A stretch of 64,000 bases of DNA from the human T2T-CHM13v2.0 reference genome, Homo sapiens: the NCBI RefSeq assembly GCF_009914755.1, contig NC_060948.1. One strand, written 5' to 3'. Position 1 is the first letter of the stretch. Every line of letters starts with the position of its first letter. The position numbers and the translations under genes were made by a program. The notes beneath the pieces were generated by a model that was not told the DNA's origin, did no database searches, and worked only from the letters and a program-made list of their open reading frames with translations. This document shows positions 1 through 14,642 of the stretch, in pieces.

Positions 1-364
1 TTGGATTTCATTCCATTCCACTCTATTCTACTTCACTCCACTTCACTCCATTCCATTCCATGCTGTTCCATTCCATTCAGTTCCATTTCATTTCACTGCA
101 CTCCAATCCATTCTACTCAACTCCATTACACTCCACCACACTCCACTCTGTTCCTTTCTGTTGTGTTCTGATATGATCCCTTCTATTCCTATCTGTCCCA
201 TTCCACTCCACTCCATTCAACTGCAATCCAATCCACTCAACTCCACTACATTCCACTCCACTCCATTCAATTCCACTCCATTCCACTTCACGATACTCTA
301 TTCCACTCCACTCCACTCCATTCCATTCCATTCCATTCCATACTACGTGATTCCATTCCATTCC

Positions 365-428
365 TTTATTTCTACTGGATATCTCTCTGTCACCCATACT
401 GGAGTACATTGGCACAATCTTAACTAAT
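365..428 (-). mobile_element. AluJ-like 3'-end fragment, copy 1
   Basis: tttatttctactggatatctctctgtcacccatactggagtacattggcacaatc resembles the antisense Alu 3' end. Confidence 0.8.
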
Positions 429-2796
429 AATTCATTCCACCATTCCATTTCACTTCATTCCATTCCATTCTATTCCACTCCACTGCACTCGCCTCCACTC
501 TACTCCACCACCTGTTACATTCCATTCCACTCCATTCCATTCCATTCCATTTCATGTCATTCCATACCATTCCATTCCATTCCATTCCATTTCACTGCAC
601 TCCAATCCACTCCACTCAACTCCACTCCACTCCCTTCCATTCCACTCCACTCCGTTCTATTCCTTTGCTTTCCATTCCATTCCATTCCATTCCGTTCCAT
701 TCCTTTCCCTTCTATTCCATTCCATTCCATTCAACTCCACTGAATTCAATTCCACTCCATTCCACTTCATTCCATTCCACTCGTCTCCATTCCCTTCCAC
801 TCCATTCCTTTCCATTGCACTCTAATCCACTCCATTCCATTCCATTCCATAACACTCCACTGCATTCAATTCCATTCAACTCCATCCCATTCCATTCCAC
901 CCCATTCCATTCCATTCCTCTCCATTCCACACCAATCCACTCCACTCAACCCCAATCCACTCCACTCAACTCCTCTCCATTCCACTCGACTCCACTCCAC
1001 TCCTCTTTGTTCCATTCCACTCCACTCCATTCCATTCCACCCCATCCCATTCCAAACTACTCCACTCCATTCCACTCCACCATACTCCATACCGTTCCAC
1101 CTCATTCTACTCCATTCCTTTCCATTCCATCCCATTTCATTCCATTCCACTGAATTCCATTCCACTTCAATCCACTCTACTCAAATCCACTCCAGTCCAA
1201 TCCACTCCACTCTATTCCATTCCATTCCATTCCTTTTCATTCCTTTCCATTCCATCCCATTCCATTCCATTCAACTCCACTCCATTCCATACCACTACAT
1301 TAAACTCCATTCCACTCCACTCAACTCTACTCCACTCCACTCCATTGCATTCCATTTCATTCCACTGAACTCCGGTGTAATCGACTCAAATCCACGCCAC
1401 TCCACTACATTCCATTCTGCTCCGTTCCATTCCGTTCTGTTCCGTTCCATTCCAGTCCAGTCGATTCCATTCCACTCCTCTCCATTCCACTGAACTCCAC
1501 CCCACCCCTCTCCACTCCATTCTATTTCACTCCAAACCTTTTCATTTCATTCTATATCATTCCATTCCATTCCACTGCAATCCGATCCACTCAACTCAAC
1601 CCCACGTTATTCCAATCCACTCTACTCCATTCCATTCTACTCTATTCCATTCCACTATACTGCACTCCATTCCATTTCATGGCTTTCCTTTCCCTTCCAT
1701 TTCACTACACTCCGTCCACTCCACTAAATTCCACTCCACTCCACTCCTTTCCATTCCATTCCATTCTGCACCTTTCCATTAAATTCCTTTCTGTTCCATT
1801 CCATTCCTTTTCACTCCACTCAATTACATTCCACTCCATTGCATTCCATTCCACTCTACTCCACTCCGTTGCATTCGGTTCGATTCCGTTCCATTCCACT
1901 CCACTCCATTCCGTTCCACTCCACTCAATTCGACTCTGCTCCACCACACCCCTCTCCACTCCATTCCATTTCACTCCAATCATTCTCACTTCATTCCATA
2001 TCATTAAAATCCATTCCATTGCAATCCAATCCACTACACTAAACTCCATTCTACTGCACTCCTCTCTACTCCATTCCATTATACTCCATTCCATTCCACT
2101 ACACTACATTCCATTCCATTTCATGGCTTTCCATTCCCTTCCATTTCACTGCACTCCGTCCACTCCACTCAATTCCACTCCACTCTAATCCATTCCTTTC
2201 TGTTCCATTACAGTCTTCTCCTTTCCATTAAATTCCATTCCATTCCATTCAATTCCACTTCACTCCACTCAATTCCATTCCACTCCGTTCTATTCCATTC
2301 CACTCCACTCCACTCAACTCCATTCCATTTCATTCCATTCCCTCCCAATCCATTCCATTCCACTGTATTCCATTCCATTGCACTCCATTCCACTCCACTC
2401 CTTCTCGTTTAATTAAATTACTTTCCACTCCATTCCACTCCACTCCACTCCTCTCCTCTCCATTGTGTTCCACTCCATTCCATTCCATTCTATTTCACTC
2501 ACTTCCTTTCTGTTCCACTCTAGTCCACTACATTCTACTCCACTGTACTCCACTCCATTCCACTACAATCTGTTCCACTCTACTCCATTCCACTCCACTG
2601 CTCTTCATTCCAATCCATTCCTTTCCATTCCACCCCATTCCATTTCATTCAATTCCACTTCATTCCACTCCTTTCCATTCCACTCAAATCCACTCCACTC
2701 CATTCCACTCCACTCCACTCCACTCCAGTCCATTCCACTACATACCATTCCACTCCTCTCCATTCCATTCCATTCTATGGCATTTCATTCCATTCC

Positions 2797-2859
2797 TTTA
2801 TTTCAACTGGGTATCACTCTGTCACCCAGACTGGAGTTCAGTCCCAAATTTTAGCTCAC
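2797..2859 (-). mobile_element. AluJ-like fragment, copy 2
   Basis: tcactctgtcacccagactggagttcag...ttagctcac. Confidence 0.8.
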
Positions 2860-3152
2860 ATTTCATTTCACCACTCCATTCCATTCCATTTCATTCCATT
2901 CCATTCCATTCCATTCCCTTCCATTTCATTCTACTTCATTCCACTGCACTTTTATCCTCTACACTCAACTCCAGTCCACTCCACTCGGTTCAATTCCATT
3001 CCGTGTCATTCCGTTCTGTTCTGTTCCATTCCACTCCATTCCATTCCACTCCACTCCATTCAACTCCACTCCTCTCGATTCCACTCCTATCCACTCCAAT
3101 CCACTATACTCCACTCCACTCCATTCCATGCCACTGCATTCCATTCCATTCC

Positions 3153-3216
3153 TTTATTTCGACTGAATCTCTCTCCGTAACCCTGACTAGGATGCAGTGG
3201 CAGAATCTTAGCTAAC
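3153..3216 (-). mobile_element. AluJ-like fragment, copy 3
   Basis: tttatttcgactgaatctc...gcagtggcagaatcttagc. Confidence 0.75.
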
Positions 3217-4477
3217 ATTTCATTTCTTCTTTTCATTGCATTACATTTCATTGCATTCCATTCCATTTCATTCCATTCCACTGCAGTCAGATCCATTCCA
3301 CTCAGTTCCACTCCACTCCACTCAACTCCATTCCAATCCACTCCACTCCATTCCATTACACTCCTTTCCATTCTTTTCCATTCCATTTCACTCCATTCCA
3401 CTCCAATCCAATCCACTCCACTCCACTCCTCTCCACTGAACTCCTTTCCATTCTGTTCCATTCCATTCCATTTGACTGCACTCCAATCCACTCCAATTTA
3501 TTCCACACCACTCCAGGCCACTCCACTCCGTTCCATTCCATACTGTTCCATTCCATACCGTTCCATTCTGTTCCGTTCCATTCCACTCCATTCCATTCCA
3601 CTTCATTCCATTCTACTCCAGTCTCTTTAACTCCATCCCACTCCATTCCACTCCATTCCACTCTACTCCATTCCACCACAATCCACTCCACTCCAATCTG
3701 TTCCGATCCCCTCTATTCCATTCTTTTCCATTCCATTTCATTCCGTTTGATTCCATTCCATTCCACTGCACTCCGTTCAATTCCACTCCATTCCACTCCA
3801 CTCCACTCCACTCCACTCCACTCCACTCCACTCCACTCCATTCCATTCCATTCCATTCCATTCCATTCCTTTCTATTCCATTCCACTCCATTCCATTCCC
3901 CTCCATTCTATTCAACTCCACTCCAATTCACTCCACTCTCATTCACTCCCCTCAACTCCACAGCATTCCATTCCAGTGTATTTTATTCCACTCCATTCCA
4001 CTCAATTTCATTCCATTATATTCCACTCCACTCCATTCCACTCCAATCCATTTCATCCATTACACTCCATTCTACCCCATTCCACTCCATTCCACTCCTC
4101 TCCATTCCATTAAATTCCACTCCATTCCATTCTGTTCCATTCCATTCCACTCCGCTCCACTCCACTACATTCCAGTCCACTGCATTCAGCTCCACTCCAC
4201 TTGATTCCACTGCATTCGTCTATAATCTACTCCATTCCCGTCCTTTCCATTCCATTCCATTCCATTCCACTGCACTCTGATACACTCCACTTGACTCCAC
4301 ACCACCTAACGTCACTGCACACCATTCCATTCCATGCTGTTCCATTCCATTCCGTTCCATTTCACTACATTCAATTCCACTCCCCTCCATTCCACTCCAG
4401 TCCATTTCACTCAATTCCCTACAACTCCACTCCTCTCCACTCCACTCCATTCCATGAATTCCATTCCCTTCCATTCC

Positions 4478-4540
4478 TTTATTTCGACTGAAATCACTCT
4501 GTTACCCAGACTGGAGTGCAATGGCACAATCTTAGCTCAC
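4478..4540 (-). mobile_element. AluJ-like fragment, copy 4
   Basis: cactctgttacccagactggagtgcaatggcacaatcttagctcac. Confidence 0.85.
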
Positions 4541-7452
4541 ATTTCATTTCACCTTTCCTTTCTATTCCTTTCCATTCCATTCCATTCCATTCCATTCCAT
4601 TCCATTCCATTCCATTGCATTGTGTTCCACTGCACTTCGATTCACTCCACTCAACTCCACTCCACTTCCTTCCCTTCCTGTCCATTCCTTTGCGTTCCAT
4701 TCCATTCAATTCCATTCCATTGCATTCCACTCAATTCTATTCCAATCCACTACATTTCTCTCCATTCCCCACCATTCCACTCCACGGCACTACATTTCTC
4801 TCTACTCCACTTTATTTGATTCCACTCCATTCCACTCCATTCCACCCAATTCCGTTTCTGTCCATCCTGCTCCATTCCACTCCATTCCACTGCAATCCAT
4901 TCCACACCACTCCAGTCTGTTCCATAAGTTCCATTCCATTGTGTTCCATTCCATTTCTTTCCTTTCAATCCCATTCCACTCCACTCCATTCCATTCCACT
5001 CCATTCCATCCACTCCACTCCTTTCCACTCCATTGCACTCCACTCTACTCCATTTCATTCCATTCCACTGCACTCTGATCCATTCCACTTTACTCCTCAC
5101 CACTCAATGCAACTCCACTCCATTTCTTTCCTTGCCTTTCCTTTCCATACCCTTCCATTCCTTTCCATTCCACTCCTTTCCATTCCACTTCACTCCATTG
5201 CACTCCACTCCTGTTAACTCCATTCCAGTCCACTCCACTCTGCTCCACTCCACTCCATGCCACTCCACTAAATTCCATTCCACTACATTCCATTCCATTC
5301 CAATTTATTCAATTCCATTCGTTTCCACTCTTTTCCACTCCATCCCCCTCCACTCTATTCCACTCCACTTCATTCCACTCTTCTCCACTCCAGTCCACTC
5401 AATTCCATTCCATTCCACTCCACCCCATTCCATTCCATTCTACTCCATTCCACTCCAGTCCAATCCACTCCACTTCATATCACTCTTCTTCAATCCATTC
5501 CATTGTATTCCACTCCATTCCATTCCATTCCACTGCACTCCTTCTCATTGCACTATTTCACTCCATTCCACTACTTCCCAATCCAGTCCACTCCATTCCA
5601 CTGAGATCCCCTCCATTCAATTCCACTCCAATCCACACCATTCCATTCCATTCCATTTCATTCCATTCCATTCCATTACACCCCATTCCATTCCACTCAT
5701 CTCCAATCCACTCCACTCCACTCCGCTGCATTCCACTCCACTCAAATCCATTCCATTTTATTTTCTTCCACTCCAGTCCAATACATTCATTTCCACTCCA
5801 TTCCATTCCACTGTACTGCATTCCTTTCCACTCCACTCCACTCAATTCCGTTACATTTCTTTCCTTTCCATTCCATTGCGTTCCATTCCACTCCTCTCCA
5901 TTCCATTCCCATCGATTCCACTTTATTCCCCTCGATTCCACTCCACTCTGCTGCACTCCACTCTATTCTATTCCATTTCTTTCCATTCCACTGCACTGTG
6001 ATCCAATCCACTTAACTCAACTCCAATCCGCTCCACTCAAATCCATTCCATTCCACTCCATTCCATTCCATTCCATTCCATTCCATTCCATTCCATTCCA
6101 TTCCATTCCTCTGCACTCAGTTCCACTCCACTCAACTCCAATCCACTCCATTCCTTTCGATTCTGTTCTGTTCCACACCGTTCCATTGCATTCCATTCCA
6201 CTCCACTGCATTCCATTCTACTCCTTTCCATTCCAATCCATTCTAATCCATTACCCTGCATTCCACTCCTCTCCACTACATTCCACTCCACTCCACTCCG
6301 TTGCTTTCCTTTCCTTTCTGTTCAGTTCTGTTCCATTCCATTCCATTCCATTGAGGTCCATTCCACTCCATTGTTCTCCACTCCATTCCTCTCCAGTCCA
6401 TGCCACTCCACTCCACTCCGATCCACTACATTCAATTCCGTTTCCTTCTTTTCCATTACATTCCACACAATTCCATTCCATTGCATTCCATTGCACTCCC
6501 TTTACGTTCCTTTCAACTTCACTCCACTCCACTCAACTCCATTCATTTCCACTCCTATCCCCTCCATTCCACTCCACTCCACTCCATTGCATTTCACTCC
6601 ACTCCAGTCTATTCCACACCATTCCATTACACTCAATTCCATTCAACTCCATTCCAATCCATTGCATTCCATTCTGCTCCACTCCATTCCATTCCATTCC
6701 ATTACACTCAATTCCATTCCATTCCTCTCCACTCCACTCCAATCCACTCCACTGAATTCCATTCCATTTTATTTGACTGCAATCCGTTACACTCCACTGA
6801 ACACTCCACTGTACCTCACTGCATTCCTTTTCGTTCCCTTCCATTCAGTTCGCTTCTATTTCATTCCATTCCATTCCATTCCATTCCACTCTACCTCCTT
6901 CCACTCTTCCCCATTTCACTCCATTCCACTCCATTCCACTACTCTCCACTCCAATCCACTCCAATCAATTCCCTTCCACTCCAGTCCATTCCATTCCATT
7001 CTATTCCATTCCACACCATTCCACTCAATTAAACTCAACTCCATTCCAGTACACTCAATTCAACTACACCCCACTACATTCCACTCCATTCCATTCCGTT
7101 CCACTCCATTCCATTCCATTTCATTCCATTCCATTCCATTCCGTTCCATTCCGTTCCATTCCGTTTCATTGCATTCCATTCCATTCCATTCCATTCCATT
7201 CCATTCCATTCCATTCCATTCCATTCCATTCCATTCTAATCCACTCCACTCCATTGCTCTCCACGTCACTTAATTCTATTCCTTTCCATTCCATTTCTTT
7301 TCACTGCACTCTGATCCACTCTTTTCATCTCAACTCCACTTCTCTCCACTACACTCCATTCCATTCAGTTTTATTCCATTTTTTTCCATTCCATTCCATT
7401 CCATTCCTCTGCACTCCATTCCATTCCCTTCTACTACATTCCATTCCATTCC

Positions 7453-7516
7453 TTTATTTCGACTGGAACTCAGTCTGTCACTCAGACAGAAGTGCAGTTG
7501 CACAAGCTTAGATCAA
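7453..7516 (-). mobile_element. AluJ-like fragment, copy 5
   Basis: gactggaactcagtctgtcactcagacagaagtgcagttgcacaagc. Confidence 0.75.
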
Positions 7517-8393
7517 ATTTCTTTCCACAATTCCATTCCATTCCATTCCATTCCTTTCCATTCCGTTCCATTCCATTCCATTCCATTCCATTCCATTCCT
7601 TTCTACTCCACTCCACTTTACTCCACTAGACTCCACTCCATTCCTTTCCTTTCCACTGCACTCTGATCCACTCCTCTAAGCTCCACTCCACTTTCTTCCT
7701 TTCTTTTACATTCCTTTTCATTCCGTTCCATTAAATTCCTTTCCATTCATTCCATTCCACTCCACTCCATTGCATACCATTGCGTTTTTCTTCATTCCAC
7801 TCCACTCCACTCCATTCTACTCAACTCTACTACACTAAACTCCACTACATTCCATTCCATTCCATTCCAACCCAGTGCACTCCGATCATCTCCACTCCAC
7901 TCCACTCCATTCCCTTCTCTTCCATCCCATTCTGCTCCTTTCCACTCCATTCCTTTCCACTCCACTCCCTTCCACTACTCTGAATTTCACTCCTTTAAAC
8001 TCCATTCCTTTCTCCTCCACCCCACTCCACTCCATTTAATTCTGCTCCATTCCATTCCATTCCACTACATTTCATTCCATTCCATTTCACTCCATTAAAC
8101 TCCACTCCATTCCACTACACTCCATTCCACTCCACTCCATTCCACACCATTCCATTCCATTCCACTCCATTCCACTCCATTATACTTCACTCCATTCCAC
8201 TCCGCTCGACTTCATTCCACTGAACTCCATTCCATTCCCGTGTATTCCTGTCCACTCCATTCCACTACATTCTACCCCGTTCCACTCCACTCCATTCCAG
8301 TTCACTCCATTCCACTCCAATCTACTTCATTACACTCCTTTCCACTCGAATCCACTCCATTCCATTCCATTCTACTCTGTTCCATTCCATTCC

Positions 8394-8458
8394 TTTATTT
8401 CGAATGGATCTCACTCAGTCACCCCAGACTGGAGTGCAGTTCCACAATCTTAGCTCAT
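8394..8458 (-). mobile_element. AluJ-like fragment, copy 6
   Basis: gatctcactcagtcaccccagactggagtgcagttccacaatcttagctca. Confidence 0.85.
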
Positions 8459-9345
8459 ATTTCATTTCACCATTCCATTGCATTCCATTCCATTCCATTT
8501 CATTCCATTCCATTCTATTGCATTCCTTTCAATTCCTTTCCACTCAGCTCCACTGCACTCTTCTCCACTACGCTCCTTCCTATTAAATTCCATACCAGTC
8601 TACTACAATTTTCTCCACTGTACTACATTCCACTCCACTCCACTCCACTCAACTCCACTGCACTTCATTCCATTTCGTTTCATTCCTTTCTGTTCCATTC
8701 CATTCCATTCTGTTCCATCCTAAACCAATCCACTCTACTCCATTCCATTCCACTCCATTTCACTCCACACCACTCCACTCCACACCACTCCATTCCATTC
8801 CATTCCATTACATTCCACTTCACTCCGATCCACTCCACTCAACTCCACTCCAATCCACTTCGTTCCATTCTGTTCCATGCCTTTGCACTCCATTCCATTC
8901 CATTCCACTGCATTCCAGTCCAGTCCATTTCACACCATTCCACTCCATTCCACTCTGCTCCATTCCACTCCACTCCTTTCCATTCCACTGCATTCCATTC
9001 CATTCCACTCCACTCCATTCCATTCCACACCATGAATCTCCTTTCCTCTCCACTTCATTTCACTTCACTCCATTCCACTCCACTCCCCTCCACTCCATAT
9101 CACTCCACTCCTTTCCATTCCATTCCACTCCATTCCACTCCACTCTTTCCACTACACTCCACTCCACTTCTTTCCATTCCATTCTATTCCACTCAATTCT
9201 ACTCCACATCATTCAACTCCACTCAACTACATTCCACTCCATTCCATTCCATTCCACTTCTTTGCATTCCACTCCTCTCCATTTCACTCTATTCCATTCC
9301 ACTCCTTTGAATTTCATTGCATTCTACTCCATTCTATTCCGTTCC

Positions 9346-9409
9346 TCTATTTTGAATGAATCTCACTCTGTCTCCCAGACTGCAGTGTAGTGTCACAATC
9401 TTAGCTCAC
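9346..9409 (-). mobile_element. AluJ-like fragment, copy 7
   Basis: tctcactctgtctcccagactgcagtgtagtgtcacaatcttagctcac. Confidence 0.85.
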
Positions 9410-9972
9410 TTTTAATTTCACCATTCCATTCCACTCCATTTCATTTTATTCCACTCCTCTCCACTTCACTACACTCCACTCTACTCCATTCCATTCCATT
9501 CCATTCCACTTTATTCTGATCCACTCCACTCAACTCCACTCCAGTCCACTCCACTCCGTTCAGTTCCTTTGCATTCCATTCCATACCATTCCACCCCACG
9601 CCACTCCACTCAACTGCACGCCACTCCGCTCTATTGTATTCCATTCCACTGCACTCCAACCCAATCCACTCAACTCCACTCCAGTCCACTCCAATACATT
9701 CCTTTCCTTTCTGTTCCCTTCTGTTCCGTTCCTTTCCTCCCCTTTCCATTCCAATCCATTCCGTTGCACTGCACTCTAATTCACTCTATTCCACTCCATT
9801 CCGCTCCACTCCACTCCATTCCACTCCATTCCATTCCATTCCAATCCATTCCATTCAATTCCTTTCCACTCCATTCCACTCCCCTCCATTCCAGTCCACT
9901 CAACTACATTCCACTCCATTCCATTCCTCAAAACTCCGGTATATTCGACTCTATTCCATTCCTTTCCTTTCC

Positions 9973-10036
9973 ATTATTTCTTCTTCATCTCACTCTGTCA
10001 CCCCGACTGGGGTGTGGTGGCAGAATCTTAGCCTAC
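9973..10036 (-). mobile_element. AluJ-like fragment, copy 8
   Basis: tctcactctgtcaccccgactggggtgtggtggcagaatcttagc. Confidence 0.8.
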
Positions 10037-10668
10037 ATTTCATTACACCAGTCCATTCCATTCCATTCCATTCCATTCCATTCCATTCCATTCCATTCCA
10101 TTCCATTCCATAGCATTCCATTCCATTCCATTTCATTCCACCGAACTCCTCTCTACTGCAATCCACTCTACTTCGTTCTGTTCCATTCCATTCCATTCCA
10201 TTTCCGTCCACTCAACTCCATTCCGTTCCACTCCTTTCGACTCCACTCCTCTCCACTCTGTTCTATTCTGTTCCTTTCCATTACGTTCCATTCCATAGCA
10301 TTCCACCCCATTCCAATCCACTCCATTTTATTCCACTCCACACATATCACTCAATAAAACTCCACTCCACTCCATTCCAGTCTTCTCCATTGCATCCCAT
10401 TCCACTTCATTTCATTCAATTTGATTCCACTCATTTCCACTCTATTCTACTGCTCTCCATTCATCACCACTACATTCCACTCCACTCCACTCCTTTCCAC
10501 TCCATTCCATTCCACTCCACTTCATTCCTTTGCATTCCACTCCATTCCCCTCCATTCCACTTAACTTTAATCTCTTCCACTCCAATCCACTCCACTCCAT
10601 TCCATTCCACTCCATTCTATTCCACTGCACTCCATTCCATTTCATTCTACTCCATTCCATTCCATTCC

Positions 10669-10732
10669 TTTATTTCGACTGGCTCTCAGTCTGTCACCAA
10701 GACTTTAGTACAGTGGGACAACATTAGAATAC
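10669..10732 (-). mobile_element. AluJ-like fragment, copy 9
   Basis: gactggctctcagtctgtcaccaagactttagtacagtgg. Confidence 0.75.
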
Positions 10733-11304
10733 ATTTCATTTCACCATTCCATTCCATTCCATTCCATTCCATTCCATTCCATTCCACTCCACTCCATTCC
10801 ACTCCATTCCTTTCCTTTCCACTGCACTCCGATCCAATCCTCTCACTTCCACTCCTCTCCATTCCACTCCATTCCATTCCGTTCCATTCCATTCTGTTCC
10901 ATTCCAATCTTTTTCACTCAACTCCTTTCCATTCCACTCCATTCCACTTCACTCCACTCCACTCCAAACCCCTCCACTCCACTCAATTCCTTTCCTTTCC
11001 ATTCCTCTGCACTCTGGTCCACTCCATTAAGCTCCACTCCACTCTATTCCACTCTGTTCCATTCCATTCAACCCCTATTCACTCCAATGCAACTCATTCC
11101 ATTCCTCTCCAACCCACCCCAATCCACTCCATTCCACTACACTCCATTCATTCCACTCTGTTCCGTTCAAATCCATTCCATTCCAATCCATTGCACTCCA
11201 TTCCTCTCCACTCCATTGCACTCCACTCCCCTCCATTCCACTCCACTCCATTCCATTCCTTTCTACTCCATTCCATTCCATTTTACTCTATTCCATTCCA
11301 ATCC

Positions 11305-11367
11305 TTTATTTTGACTGGTTCTCTCTCTATCACCCATCTGGAGTTCAGTGGCACAATCTTAGCTCAC
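11305..11367 (-). mobile_element. AluJ-like fragment, copy 10
   Basis: cacccatctggagttcagtggcacaatcttagctcac. Confidence 0.8.
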
Positions 11368-11839
11368 CTTTCATTTCACGATTCCATTCCATTCCATTCC
11401 CTTCCAATCCGTTCTATTCCATTCCATTCCATTCCAGTCCACTGCACTCGTCTCCAATCCATTGATTTCATTTCATTCCAATGCACTCTTATCCACTCCA
11501 CTCAACTCCACTCCACTGCACTCAACTGCACTCCATTCCATTCCTTACCGTTCCCTTCAATTCCATTCCCTTCCACTCCATTCCTTTCCACTCCTCTCCA
11601 TTCCACTCCACTCCAATTCACTCCATTACCCTCTATTCGACTCCACTCCACTCCATTCCACTGCATGGCATTCCATTCCACTCCATTTCATTCAATTACT
11701 TTCCACTCCATTCTACTCCATTCCACTCCACTCCATTCCACTGCAATCCATTCTAATCCTCTCTACCGCATTCCACTTCATTCCATTCCACTCCACTTCA
11801 TTTCGTTCTGTTCTTCTAAATTCCTTTCCCCTCCATTCA

Positions 11840-11903
11840 TTTATGTCGACAGGATCTCACTCTTTCACCGAGACTGGATTGCAGTGAAACCATCTTAGCT
11901 CAC
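11840..11903 (-). mobile_element. AluJ-like fragment, copy 11
   Basis: gacaggatctcactctttcaccgagactggattgcagtg. Confidence 0.8.
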
Positions 11904-12186
11904 ATTTCATTTCACCGTTTCATTCCATTCCATTCCGTTCCACTCCATTCCATTCCACTAAATTCCACTCTATTCCACTGCATTCCACTCCACTGCAGTC
12001 CATTGCACTCCATTCCACTCCATTCCATTCAATTCTACTCCAGTTCATTCCATTCCACTCCCTTCTCCTCCATTCCACTACATTTCATTCCACTCCACTC
12101 CATTGCACTTCAGTCCACTCTATTCCACTCTATTGCAATCCACTCCACTCCATTCAATTTCAGGATACTCCATTCCTTTCTATTCC

Positions 12187-12250
12187 CCTATTTCGACTGG
12201 ATCTCACTCTGTCACCCAGACCGGAGTGCAGTTTCACTATCTTAGGTCAC
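12187..12250 (-). mobile_element. AluJ-like fragment, copy 12
   Basis: gatctcactctgtcacccagaccggagtgcag. Confidence 0.85.
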
Positions 12251-12727
12251 ATGTCATTTCCTAATTCCATTCAATTCCATTTAATTCCCTTCCATTACAT
12301 TCCAATCAACTAAACTCAACTCCAATCCACTCCACTCCACTTCCCTTAATGCTACACCACTCCATTCCATTCAATTTCATTCAATTCCTTTCCACTGCAC
12401 TGCGATCCACTCCAGTCAACTTCACTCAACTCCACTCCTTTCCATTCCATACAGTAACCTTCCATTCTGTTACATTTCACTCCCTTCCTTTCCAATCCAT
12501 TCCATTCCTCTCCACTCCAATTCACTCCATTCACCTCCTTTCCACTCCACTCCATTCCATTCCATTGCATTCAACTAAATTCCATTCCATTTTTTCCACT
12601 CCATTCCATTCCATTCCACTAAATTCCATTCCAATACTTTCTACTCTACTCCACCACATTCTGCTCCATTCCATTCCACTCTACTCCATTCCATTCAATT
12701 CTACTACGTTCCATTTCATTCCATTAT

Positions 12728-12791
12728 TTTATTTCGACTTGGTCTCATCCTTCGTACCAGACTGGAGTGAAGTGGCACAATCTTACCTCAC
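12728..12791 (-). mobile_element. AluJ-like fragment, copy 13
   Basis: ccagactggagtgaagtggcacaatcttacctcac. Confidence 0.8.
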
Positions 12792-14578
12792 ATTTCATTT
12801 CACAATTCCATTCCATTCCATTCCATTCCATTCCATTCCATTCCACTAAAATCCTCTCCACTCCACTCCATTCCATTCCATTCCACTGCACTTCAATCCA
12901 CTCCACTGAATTCCACTCCACTCCAATTTTTTCCATTCCGTTTTGTTCCTTTCCATTCCATTCCGCTTTTCTCCATTCCATTCCATTCCACTCCATTCTA
13001 CTCCACTTCACTTCTCTCCACTCCACTCTAGTACTCTACTCTACACTAAACTTCACTCCATTCCATTCCATTCCATTCCACTGCATCCTGATCCTCTCCG
13101 CTCAACTTGTCTCCCCTCCACTCCATCCCGTTTCGTTCCGTTACATTTTTTCTTTTCCATTCCATTCTATGCCATCCCATTCCATTCCACTTAATTGCAC
13201 TCCACTCCAATCCACTCCACTCCACTCCATTGCATTCCACTCCACTCCACTGCACTCCGTTCCACTCTTCTCAACTCTTATCCACTCCACTACACTCTGT
13301 TCCATTCCATTCCGTTCCATTTTGTTACATTCCATTCCACTCCATTACATTTCAGTCCACTCCATTGCACTCCACTCCACGCCTTTCCACTCCACTCCAT
13401 TTCACTCCATTCCACTCCATTCCACTCGACTCCACTGCACTCTGTTACTTTCCGTTCCATTCCATTCCATTCCATTCCATTCCATTCCATTCCATTCCAT
13501 TCACTTCCATTCCATTCCTCTGCACTCCATTCCACTCCACTCCACTCCTCTCCACTCCCTTCCATTCTGGTACATTCCGTTTGGTTCTGTTCTGTTCCAT
13601 TCTACTCCATTGCACTGCACTTCACTTTCTTCCAATCTACTGCATTTCACACAAGTCCACTGCATTCCACTCCACTCCACTGCACTTCAAACGACTCTAA
13701 TCCACTCCATTCCATTTCACTCCACTCCACTCCATTTCACTATGTTGTACTCCATTCCACTCCACTCCATTACATTCCACACCACTCTATTCCATTCCAA
13801 TCCACTCCATTCTATTCCTTTCCTTTTCATTCCATTTCATTCCATTGCATTCCGTTGCATTCCTTTCTAGTCCATTCCCATCCATTTCATTCCATTCCAT
13901 TCCATTCCACTCCACTCGATTTCATTCCATTCCACTCCATTCCATTTCATTCCTCTGTACTCCATTCCATTCAACTCCACTCCACCCCACTCCAATCCAT
14001 TCCACTCAACTCCACTACTCTCCACTCCACTCCTCTCCATTCCATTCCATTGGATTCCATTTTATTCTATTCAGTTCCATTCCATTCCACTCCACTCCAT
14101 TCGATTCAATTTCACTGAACTCCGATCTACTCCACTCCACTCCACTTCACTCCGTTCCCTTCCATTGCTTTCCTTTAACTTTCATTATTTTCCATTCCCT
14201 TCCATTCCTTTCCATTTCATTGCACTCCATTCCATTTCACTCCGTTCGTCTCCATTACACACAAATCCACTCAACTTCACTCCACTCCACTCTACTCCAT
14301 TACATTCCTTTCCATTCCATTCAGTTCCATTCCATTCCACTCCCTTCCATTCCACTCCACTCCATTCCTCTCCACTCCATTTCTCTCCATTCCACTCTAT
14401 TCAACTACTCTCCATTCCACTCCCCTCCACTCCATTGCAATACACTCCATTCCATTCCCTTCCACTCCATTCCCTTCTATTCCATTCCACTCCATTCCTC
14501 TCCACTCCACTCCATTTGACTCCATTCTATTCCACACAACTCCATTCCATTCCATTCTATTCCTTTCTATTCCATTCC

Positions 14579-14642
14579 ATTATTTCGACTGCGTCTCTCT
14601 CTGTCACCCACACTGGAATACAGTGGAACAATCTTACCTAAC
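14579..14642 (-). mobile_element. AluJ-like fragment, copy 14
   Basis: gtctctctctgtcacccacactggaatacagtggaacaatc. Confidence 0.8.
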
